Assembly: GCA_963777505.1 (NCBI GenBank)
Contig: CAVZQN010000003.1
Span: forward strand, 347,932-411,931
Reading direction: 5' to 3'
DNA length: 64,000 nucleotides
Source: an uncultured bacterium
Lineage (GTDB): Bacteria; Acidobacteriota; HRBIN11; JAKEFK01
The notes beneath the pieces are model-generated. The model saw only the letters and a list, made by a program, of their open reading frames with translations, was not told where the DNA came from and ran no database searches. A program made the position numbers and the translations under genes. This document shows positions 55,805-64,000 of this stretch, in pieces (the first letter of the stretch is position 1; each line of letters begins with the position of its first letter).

Positions 55805-57076
55805 ATGGCTCGCATCATACCGGTATCATCCGGAAAAGGTGGCGTTGGAAAAACGACGTTCGCAATCCACTACGCTCTCGTTCTCGCCCGTTTCGGGCGC
55901 ACAATCCTGATCGATCTTGATTTTGGCACATCCAGCGTTCGAAATAGTATCGACGTTCCCGTTCCAAACGACCTTTATCATTTCTTCCGAAAAAATGTTC
56001 CGCTTCAAGATTGCATTACACCACTGAATTCTCGTCTGGATCCTCAGCAGCGTTATAGCAATTTTGGATTCATCGCCTCGCCCAAAGGATTGATCGAAGA
56101 CTTAATGAACTTTGATGAGTTCCAAAAAGGACGCTTGATCCGGGCAATTAACTCTCTTCAAGCCGACTATATCGTGCTTGATTTAAAAGCGGGGGTCGAT
56201 GCACGCGTTCTGGACTTCCTGCCACATGCAAATACAGGGGTGATCGTATTTACGCCGTTGGTGCCATCGGCAATCTATGCTGCTTCTGAAATGGTAAAGC
56301 ATTTAATTTTGCGCAAACTAAAAGCACTTTTTAACTACGAATCATTTTTATTACGCAGCGGAATCTCGCAGCATCAAATTGCAAAATACTTGCATCACAT
56401 TGAATCGATGGAAGACATCTATGAGGCGAAAGAACAAAACTTAGAGGAATTCCTTTCTCTTTTGCAGGTTGAAATAGACAATGAAACAGTTCTTGCCATG
56501 CTTGGAAATGTAATTCGTGATTTCAAAATCTATTACGTCCTGAATCGGTTCAATAGCGTCACCGACAGCGTTGAAAAAATTATTAGACCTTTTACAAAAT
56601 CGATTCATGATGCAATTTCGCCCCATTTAAAGATGATCAACCTCGGTTGGATCATAGAGGACGATCGGTTTTTAAAATCAGCCACCCAACGTATTCCACT
56701 ATTACTTCAGCAACCGGCAGAAGCTGCTCAGAAACCAGATGCTCGAAAAATGGAATTGACTATGCTGAATCAATGGATGGCAGAACTTAAAAAAGAATTT
56801 GCACCACTTCCCAAACCGGCACGTTCAGGTTCCGGAACATCAGTCGTTGCAGCACAAAAAATAGCAGTTTCAAAGGATCCTCTGGAACAACAGTTGAATC
56901 TATTGAAAACGATGTTTGCAAATCAGGATCGAAAGGATTTTAAAATAAATTTTGACTACATTACCCAGAGGAGTCTCCATTTAATGCGGCATGGACGTTT
57001 TGATGATTTTGGCGATGTAAAACTATTTGCAACTCTTCAGGATCGTGCCGAGGCAATCTCCACCCGCTGGCACTAA
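55805..57076 (+). CDS. MinD/ParA/Mrp-family P-loop ATPase with a C-terminal extension of about 170 aa
   Basis: Deviant Walker A SGKGGVGKTT. The ATPase core is ~250 aa and is followed by an extra domain of unknown type. Confidence 0.7.
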   Translation: MARIIPVSSGKGGVGKTTFAIHYALVLARFGRTILIDLDFGTSSVRNSIDVPVPNDLYHFFRKNVPLQDCITPLNSRLDPQQRYSNFGFIASPKGLIEDLMNFDEFQKGRLIRAINSLQADYIVLDLKAGVDARVLDFLPHANTGVIVFTPLVPSAIYAASEMVKHLILRKLKALFNYESFLLRSGISQHQIAKYLHHIESMEDIYEAKEQNLEEFLSLLQVEIDNETVLAMLGNVIRDFKIYYVLNRFNSVTDSVEKIIRPFTKSIHDAISPHLKMINLGWIIEDDRFLKSATQRIPLLLQQPAEAAQKPDARKMELTMLNQWMAELKKEFAPLPKPARSGSGTSVVAAQKIAVSKDPLEQQLNLLKTMFANQDRKDFKINFDYITQRSLHLMRHGRFDDFGDVKLFATLQDRAEAISTRWH

Positions 57077-57080
57077 CAAT

Positions 57081-57103
57081 CCTTTGTGTCTTTGTGGTAA
57101 AAA
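57081..57103. repeat. Family 1 repeat copy (reverse orientation)
   Basis: CCTTTGTGTCTTTGTGGTAAAAA. Confidence 0.5.
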
Positions 57104-57164
57104 GTTTGTAGCAATCTTTGAATAACGTATGACCTTGAGGGTAAGTAGTTTGTTATGCAAAGAT

Positions 57165-57189
57165 GTAGGGGCGGGTCTAAGACCCGCCC
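57165..57189. repeat. Family 2 GC-hairpin repeat copy
   Basis: GTAGGGGCGGGTCTAAGACCCGCCC, identical to the copy at 48231. Confidence 0.6.
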
Positions 57190-57195
57190 AAAGAA

Positions 57196-58293
57196 TTACG
57201 GATTCTCGATCAAGCCGAATGAAGTTTCATTAGAAGACTGTTCTTGATGTCGTTCTAGACCAAGCTCCAATAAACGATCGAGCAACTCTGCGAATGAAAG
57301 ACCGCTCACTTCCCAGAGCTTCGGATACATGCTTATATTTGTAAATCCTGGAATCGTATTAATTTCATTCAGATAAAACTTACCAGTGCCTCGTTCCAGA
57401 AATAAATCGACACGACCCATTCCTGAGCAACCAATTGCGCGAAAGGAACGGATCGATAGTTCTTGTACTTTTGCGATTTGTTCTTCACTTAACTTCGCCG
57501 GAACAAATAATTCAGTGCTGTCTTCAATATATTTGGCAACATAATCGTAGAATTCTCTTTTCGGCGCGATTTCGCCTGGCAGTGATGCTTTCGGTTGTTC
57601 GTTGCCCAATACAGAGCATTCAATTTCTCTCGCATCAATCCCTTGCTCAACAATGATTTTTGAATCATAACGTGCAGCATCTTGAATTGCCCCATTCAGT
57701 TCTTCACGGTTATGAGCTTTTGTAATTCCTACACTCGATCCAAGGTTGACAGGTTTTGTAAAAACCGGGTAGGTTAAACTTTTTTCAATTGTATTGATGC
57801 AGTTCTCGGGAGATTGTTTCCAGTCACTTCTGTAAAACCACACGTAAGCTGCAACAGGCAAATCATTTTGCACGAAAAGCGCCTTCATTATGGTTTTATC
57901 CATTCCTGCAGCCGAGGCAGAGACATTCGCTCCAACATATGGAATCCCGGTACTTTCAAGAAGTCCCTGAATAATTCCGTCTTCACCAAACGTTCCATGA
58001 AGAATTGGAAATGCGATATCGATCTGAAGTTGAGCTTTTAATGTGCTCAGAGCCGGACGATCTATACCAGGATACAAAAAGACACGTTCTTGCGTCTTTA
58101 CTGTGTTAGGCAGGGATTCAGTATGTTCGTCAACTCGCCACCAAAACCCTTGTTTATCAATGAAAATTGGAAACACACTGTGTGTCTTTCTCAACACAGC
58201 ATGAATCGACCGTGCAGATCGGACTGAGATTTCATGTTCTCCTGATCTGCCACCATATAACAAAGCAACTCGTAAAGGCTTCATTTGAAACAT
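57196..58293 (-). CDS. ddl: D-alanine--D-alanine ligase
   Basis: LRVALLYGGRSGEHEISVRSA, ATP-grasp motifs, EINTIPGFT. Confidence 0.9.
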   Translation of the reverse strand: MFQMKPLRVALLYGGRSGEHEISVRSARSIHAVLRKTHSVFPIFIDKQGFWWRVDEHTESLPNTVKTQERVFLYPGIDRPALSTLKAQLQIDIAFPILHGTFGEDGIIQGLLESTGIPYVGANVSASAAGMDKTIMKALFVQNDLPVAAYVWFYRSDWKQSPENCINTIEKSLTYPVFTKPVNLGSSVGITKAHNREELNGAIQDAARYDSKIIVEQGIDAREIECSVLGNEQPKASLPGEIAPKREFYDYVAKYIEDSTELFVPAKLSEEQIAKVQELSIRSFRAIGCSGMGRVDLFLERGTGKFYLNEINTIPGFTNISMYPKLWEVSGLSFAELLDRLLELGLERHQEQSSNETSFGLIENP

Positions 58294-58317
58294 CCTCTCA
58301 GCAAAAACATTGCCAGA

Positions 58318-58338
58318 ACTTTGCGTCTTTGTGGTTAG
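58318..58338. repeat. Family 1 repeat copy (reverse orientation)
   Basis: ACTTTGCGTCTTTGTGGTTAG, between accA and ddl. Confidence 0.5.
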
Positions 58339-58340
58339 TT

Positions 58341-59288
58341 TTAGCTTTCCTGGTAGTAGCCCATTTTACGAAATTTTTCGTATCGTATATGAGTTCGATC
58401 GTTCCACGGCAAAACGCTCACTTCATTTAAATGTCTGCTTAAACTTTGCTGAATCAGACTGGCGGCTTGATCATAATCTGCATGAGCGGCACCAAGTGGT
58501 TCAGGAATAATTTCATCGATTAAACCCAGATTTTTCAAATCGATAGCTGTCAGGTGAAGATTGTGTGCAGCTTCTTCCGCTTTCCCTGCATCCTTCCATA
58601 AGATGGATGCGCACCCTTCGGGCGAAATTACTGAATAGATGGAATACTGTAGCATGAGCACACGATCTGTAACTCCGAGCGCCAGCGCACCGCCGCTTCC
58701 GCCTTCACCGATCACAACGGCGACTGAAGGGATTTTTAAACGTGCCATTTCACGCAGATTCAGTGCGATTGCTTCTGATTGTCCACGTTCTTCGGCGCCG
58801 ATTCCTGGATATGCTCCGGGAGTATCAATGAACGTAACCACAGGTTTTTTGTATTTTTCTGCCAGTTTCATAAGTCGTAATGCCTTACGATACCCTTCAG
58901 GATTTGCCATTCCGAAGTTTCTGATAATCCGTTGCTTAGAATCGCGCCCTTTTTGATGTCCGATCACCATGACAGTTTGATCCTGAAACGTTGCGAATCC
59001 ACCGACAATTGCATGATCATCCGCAAAACGTCGATCACCATGAAGTTCCATGAAATCGGGAAAGAGCCGCTGAAGATAATCCAACGTATGAGGACGCTGC
59101 GGATGGCGCGCGACCATTGTAATTTCCCAGGGATTTAGATTTGAATAGATTTCACGTCTAAATCGGGCAAGCTTAGTCTTAAGCTTTTCTAGACGCTCAG
59201 CCGTGTCGGGTCTGTCGGAAAAAATGCTAAGTTGCTCGATTTCTTTGAGCAAATCGACAATTGGAGCTTCAAAATTATAATTACCCAT
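58341..59288 (-). CDS. accA: Acetyl-CoA carboxylase carboxyltransferase subunit alpha
   Basis: Near-identical conserved blocks: IRRNFGMANPEGYRKALRLM, FIDTPGAYPGIGAEERGQSEAIA, YSVISPEGCASILWK. Confidence 0.9.
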   Translation of the reverse strand: MGNYNFEAPIVDLLKEIEQLSIFSDRPDTAERLEKLKTKLARFRREIYSNLNPWEITMVARHPQRPHTLDYLQRLFPDFMELHGDRRFADDHAIVGGFATFQDQTVMVIGHQKGRDSKQRIIRNFGMANPEGYRKALRLMKLAEKYKKPVVTFIDTPGAYPGIGAEERGQSEAIALNLREMARLKIPSVAVVIGEGGSGGALALGVTDRVLMLQYSIYSVISPEGCASILWKDAGKAEEAAHNLHLTAIDLKNLGLIDEIIPEPLGAAHADYDQAASLIQQSLSRHLNEVSVLPWNDRTHIRYEKFRKMGYYQES

Positions 59289-59373
59289 AGATTAAGAAAC
59301 CGCAGAAAACGCCGAGTAGATCTGCGTTCTCTGCGGTTTCAACCTATTTTACATCAACTGAGAGGGGGGACGT

Positions 59374-62300
59374 TTAGAACTCAAAACAGCCAGGTCCCAG
59401 AAGCTCCTCGAGTGCAAACAGAAATTCACGCGTAGGAGATATCCGGAAAGTTGGACCTGCCTGCAGATTTGCGACAAATTCAGGCTTTTTGAGAATAAAA
59501 GTAAGGTTACATTCACCGCGATGCTGCTCAACTATATTCCTGAGCCGCTCAATCTTTTCATTTTCCATACCTGGAAGATAAACATTGATCTTAAGCTGCT
59601 GCGAGAGCTTTTCTCTGGCATCTTTTAAGAGAATAATATCGGACGCAATCAGGTTCATTGAGTCTTCTTTTAAATCTAATCGGCCTTTCACTACCAATTC
59701 CGCCTCTTCTTCTATAAACATCATATTATTCTTATAGAGTTCAGGGAAAATAATGGTCTCAATCATTCCAGTTAGATCTTCGAGTTCAACATATGCCATG
59801 AGATCCCCTTTGCGGGTTCTAACCTGTTTGATATGACCTACGATTCCACCAACAAGGGCTTCACGGCCGTCCCATGTGTTATCAATCGATTCGATTGAAG
59901 TCGTAAATGTGTCAAGTGTCTCGCGATATTTATGCAGTGGATGTCCGGAAATGTAGAACCCCAGAGTTTCTTTTTCATGAGCCAGCTTTTCTTGTGGATC
60001 AAAATCATCAATTCCATAATTTACGGCTGAGCCTGAACCGATATCATCCATATCAAACAGGAAAGCCTGATTTGCATTCCTTTCCTTTCTCGCAATATTT
60101 TCAAGAATGCGATCCAATTGTTGAGACATCCCTTTTCGTGGAGCTTTGAAACCATCCATTGCGCCGCAACGAATCAAACTTTCAACTACACGTTTATTTA
60201 CTGTGCGTGAATCTACACGTTCATAAAATTCTTCGAGTGATCGGAAGGATGCAGTGGAACGCGCTCTAATAATGGATTGAATTGCTGAACTCCCTACATT
60301 TTTTACTGCAGCAAGCCCAAATCGAACTGCATCTTGCTCAACCGAAAATTTTTCCCCGCTATCATTAATATCAGGTGGAAGGATTTTGATGCCCATTAGC
60401 CGGCATTCGTTAAAGTACTTCACGATTTCCTGGCGCTTTTCAATCTGGCTCGATAGAAGTGCTGCAATGAAAGGAAGTGGATAATATGTTTTCAAATATG
60501 CAGTTTGATATGCGACGAGTGCATAGGCTGTTGAATGCGACTTGTTAAATCCATATTGGGCAAACTTTTCCATTAAATCGAACAACTCGCCTGCTTTTGC
60601 TGTATTGAGGTTTCTTTCCGCAGCTCCTTTTATGAACTTTGCGCGTTGAGCTTGCATTACATCCATCTTCTTTTTTCCCATTGCGCGGCGAAGAAGATCG
60701 GCTTCACCCAGGCTGAATCCGCCAATTTTGCTGGCAATTTGCATAACCTGTTCCTGGTACACAATGATTCCGTATGTTTCTTTCAGGATCGGTTCAAGTT
60801 CTGGAAGTAAATATTGAATTCGCACTTTGCCGTGTTTTCGAGCAATACAATCTTCAAGCATTTGCATTGGGCCAGGCCTGAAGAGGGCATTCAGCATGAT
60901 TAAGTCTTCAAAACGTTCGGGCTTAAACTTCCGTAGAAGATTTTTCATTCCCGAACTTTCAAACTGGAACACTCCGTTTGTTTTACCTTCCGTAAAAATT
61001 TGATAAACCTTCGGATCGTCTAAAGGAATATCGAGGATTTTTATTTCCTGGCCTGTGATTTCACGGATGAGCTGCAGAGCGTCATCGATGATTGTGAAGG
61101 TTGCAACGCCCAGAAAATCCATTTTGAGAAGTCCGAGCCGCTCAAGGACTTTCATGTCGTATTGAGTTGTGATGACATCTTCCTTGCTGCGGAATAATGG
61201 AACAAGCTCCATCAGAGGTTTTGGAGCGATCACAACACCACCGGCATGGATCGATGCATTGCGCACAAGGCCTTCTAGTTTTCGTGCTGTATCCATCCAA
61301 TCCAATACTTTTTCATCTTTCATGGCATCTTGAAGTTGAGGTGTGTTATGAATGGCAGATTCGAGATTGATATGCAGTTCGTTTGGAATCATTTTCGCAA
61401 TGCGGTCACATTGTGTATATGGATATTCCATCGCGCGCCCAACATCTCGCGTCACAACACGTGCTGCAAGTGTGTTGAAGGTTATGATTTGAGCGACGTT
61501 TTCGCGGCCGTATCTTTGCGTAACGTAATCGATCACTTCGCCACGGCGTCTTCCGCAGAAGTCGATATCGATATCAGGCATGCTAATGCGTTCCGGATTC
61601 AAAAAGCGTTCAAAGATGAGATCGTATTGTAATGGATCGATGTCGGTAATTTGCAGACAATAGGCGACTAATGATCCTGCAGCCGAACCGCGTCCAGGTC
61701 CAACGGGAATGCCATGCTCTTTTGCATACTTAATGAAGTCCCAGACGATCATGAAATAGCCTTCGAACCCCATTTGCTTGATCATGTTGATTTCGATAGA
61801 TCAAACGTTGCTCATATTCCCAGATTGCATGCCGCAATTTATTTGCGGCAGAGGTTTTTGCCAATTCAGCTTTTCGAAATTCAAATCCATCGCGAACTGT
61901 GTGTTCGAAATAATCCGAGAGTGACAAGCCTTCTGGTACGGGAAACAAGGGCAGATGATAGCCAGTGCTGCGAAGATCTACATGACATCGTTTCCCGATC
62001 TCAGCGGCTGTCATTAAGGCTTGTGGCAGATCTTTAAAGACACGCGCCATTTCTTCGGGCGACTTAATGTAAAAACCTTCGGAACCAAACTTCATCCGGT
62101 TTTGTTCATTAATCGTCCGGTTCGTTTGAATGCAAAGCAGGATGTCATGCGCGCGATGATCTTCTTTATTGATGTAGTGAGAATCGTTGGTTGCCACCAA
62201 CGGAATCTCAAGCTTGGAAGACATTTCTAAGAGGCTTGTATTAATTCTGGTTTGATCGGCTAATCCGTGATCCTGAATTTCAAGAAAATAATTTCCGACA

Positions 62301-62806
62301 CCAAATATTTCTTGATATTGACCGGCAACCTTCATCGCATTTTTGACGTTGCCGGCAAGAAGATTCACCGCAACTTCACCGCTCAAGCATGCGCTGAGTA
62401 CAACGAGACCTTTGCTGTGCTCTGCAAGTAATTCTTTATCGACGCGGGGTTTGTAGTAATAGCCTTCTAAATTCGCTTTCGATACTAGCTTTAGAAGATT
62501 GTGATATCCCTCGTTATTTTCGGCAAGGACCACAAGATGATAATTGTTTTCTTCCGTATCACTTGGCTTTCCGGTTTTATCAAAACGCGACACGGGTGCA
62601 ACATACATTTCGCAGCCAATAATCGGTTTAACGCCTTTCTTGATTGCGAGATCATGAAATTCAACAGCACCAAACATGTTGCCATGATCGGTGACGGCGA
62701 CAGATGTCATACCTAGAGATGCGACCTTATCAATCAAGCGTTCAATTTTGCAGGCGCCATCTAGCAAGCTGTAATCAGAATGAAGGTGAAGGTGAGTGTA
62801 ATCCAA
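59374..62806 (-). pseudogene. dnaE: DNA polymerase III alpha subunit (DnaE), split into two ORFs by a single-nucleotide frameshift near 61795
   Basis: N-terminal PHP domain (HLHLHSDYSLLDG) in ORF 61730-62806, TTG start. The remaining ~800 aa are in ORF 59374-61785. Removing one base gives ..EYEQRLIYEINMIKQMGFEGYF.., which matches the DnaE consensus. Confidence 0.75.
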
Positions 62807-62815
62807 TCTCTATCT

Positions 62816-62838
62816 CTCTTTGTGTCTTTGCGGTTAAC
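62816..62838. repeat. Family 1 repeat copy (reverse orientation)
   Basis: CTCTTTGTGTCTTTGCGGTTAAC, between guaA and dnaE. Confidence 0.5.
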
Positions 62839-64000
62839 TTATTCCCATTCAATTGTACCGGGTGGTTTTGATGTGATGTCATATACCACACGGTTGATTC
62901 CGGGAATTTCATTCACAATGCGGCTGGAAATTGTTGCCAGTACATCATATGGCAAACGCACCCAATCGGCTGTCATTCCATCCTGACTCTGAACTGCACG
63001 CAATGCAACTACATTGCTATACGTTCGATTGTCTCCCATCACTCCAACACTTCGCACTGGAAGCAGCACTGCAAAAGATTGCCATAATTGCCGATATAAA
63101 CCGGCTTTCACGATTTCTTCTTTTACGACTGCATCCGCTTTTTGAAGCAGATCTAAACGATCGCGAGTGATCGGTCCTAGCAAGCGTACAGCCAAGCCGG
63201 GTCCAGGGAACGGCTGTCGATATAAAATTTCATCAGGTAAACCCATTTCCAGGCCGATCCGTCGCACTTCATCTTTGAAGATTTCACGGAACGGTTCAAT
63301 TAATTCAAGCTTCATTTTCTTAATCACATCTATTAAATTGTGATGTGTTTTGATGACTTGTGCTGTGCCTCTAAATCCGCCGCTTTCAATTACGTCCGGG
63401 TACAATGTTCCTTGAGCAAGATAATGAATTCCATCAGTTTCTGCTGCAATTTTTTCGAATATTTCCACGAAGGCACGTCCGATGATTTTGCGTTTATCTT
63501 CGGGATTCTCAACGTTTTCTAATCGTGAAAGGAAATATTCGGAGGCATCGTAGTATCGAACATTTAATCCGGCAGCTTGCAGCCGTTTGGTAACCTGCTC
63601 GCCTTCATTGAGCCGCAACAAACCGTTATCAATGAAGACTGGCACTAATGCGTCACCGGCGGCTTTCTTTAATAAAAATGCCATGACGGTGCTGTCGACT
63701 CCGCCGCTTAAAGCACATAAGATTTTGCCTTTTTTCACCTTCTCACGAACAGCATCACAGGTCTCTTCTATAAATGAAGCAGGAGTCCAATCTCCTTTGC
63801 AGCCGCAAATTTCAAATACGAAATTCCGCAAAATTTCTTTACCATGTTTTGTATGGACAACTTCAGGATGGAACTGAATTCCATAGAGAATGCCGCGTTC
63901 ATCACAAATTGCTGCGACAGGTGAATTGGCCGTTGCCGCAATCGACTTAAATCCATGCGGACTCTCCAGAATTCGATCTCCGTGACTCATCCAAACATCT
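62839..64000 (-). CDS. guaA: GMP synthase (glutamine-hydrolysing), C-terminal part; the 5' end lies outside the window
   Basis: ATP-PPase motif [11 protein letters not shown]-terminal PGTIEWE, and the end of the GATase domain (GIQFHPEV). Confidence 0.9.
   Translation of the reverse strand, partial: DVWMSHGDRILESPHGFKSIAATANSPVAAICDERGILYGIQFHPEVVHTKHGKEILRNFVFEICGCKGDWTPASFIEETCDAVREKVKKGKILCALSGGVDSTVMAFLLKKAAGDALVPVFIDNGLLRLNEGEQVTKRLQAAGLNVRYYDASEYFLSRLENVENPEDKRKIIGRAFVEIFEKIAAETDGIHYLAQGTLYPDVIESGGFRGTAQVIKTHHNLIDVIKKMKLELIEPFREIFKDEVRRIGLEMGLPDEILYRQPFPGPGLAVRLLGPITRDRLDLLQKADAVVKEEIVKAGLYRQLWQSFAVLLPVRSVGVMGDNRTYSNVVALRAVQSQDGMTADWVRLPYDVLATISSRIVNEIPGINRVVYDITSKPPGTIEWE

Noticed and set aside
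1-64000. CRISPR arrays, tRNA/rRNA genes, transposases and integrases
   Set aside because: No arrays of 28-37-nt direct repeats with unique spacers were found, no tRNA-like GTTC-containing cloverleaf candidates in intergenic gaps, and no transposase or integrase-like ORFs. The repeats present are short REP-like hairpins.

Overview
This 64 kb window reads as a bacterial chromosomal segment at roughly 47% GC, with about 55 protein-coding genes, mostly tightly packed and often with overlapping start and stop codons. I found no rRNA, tRNA, CRISPR array, transposase or integrase. The gene content is weak evidence for an Acidobacteriota-like origin: many TPR fusions, two eukaryote-like Ser/Thr kinases, FHA domains, a sigma-54 activator, an ECF sigma/anti-sigma pair, a CarboxypepD_reg-type TonB receptor, sulfatase plus formylglycine-generating enzyme, and PMT/TMTC-like membrane glycosyltransferases.

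Housekeeping genes sit at the edges and middle: aspS (5' partial), ppiB, thrC, folE, korAB, ddl, accA, dnaE and guaA (3' end of window, partial).

The most interesting part is a signalling module at about 3.8-14.2 kb. It contains a sigma-54 NtrC-like regulator, a Ser/Thr kinase fused to a YbjN-like domain, a free-standing paralog of that domain, two Pro/Thr-rich exported proteins, and a convergent Rv1747-like FHA-FHA-ABC exporter with an unusual C-terminal coiled coil. An ECF sigma, a zinc-finger anti-sigma factor and a HEAT-repeat protein follow it.

Other notable blocks:
- a four-gene overlapping operon of lipoprotein, periplasmic binding-protein-like, sensor kinase (no response regulator) and GT39-like membrane protein (26.2-32.6 kb);
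- a glycan/sulfatase-type cluster with a LuxR-family regulator, flanked by arrays of heptamer and nonamer repeats (40.7-49.1 kb);
- a leaderless protein with a peptidoglycan-binding domain and a papain-like domain (49.1-51.0 kb);
- a Mut7-C RNase and MinD-like ATPase pair.

Two families of short dispersed intergenic hairpin repeats recur throughout: TAACCGCAAAGACNCAAAG (at least 9 copies) and GTAGGGGCGGGTCTAAGACCCGCCC (6 copies, including an inverted pair).

Three genes (a MoxR-neighbour helical protein, the tail of the giant kinase-TPR protein, and dnaE) have apparent single-nucleotide frameshifts. This suggests either assembly indel errors or genuine pseudogenisation.
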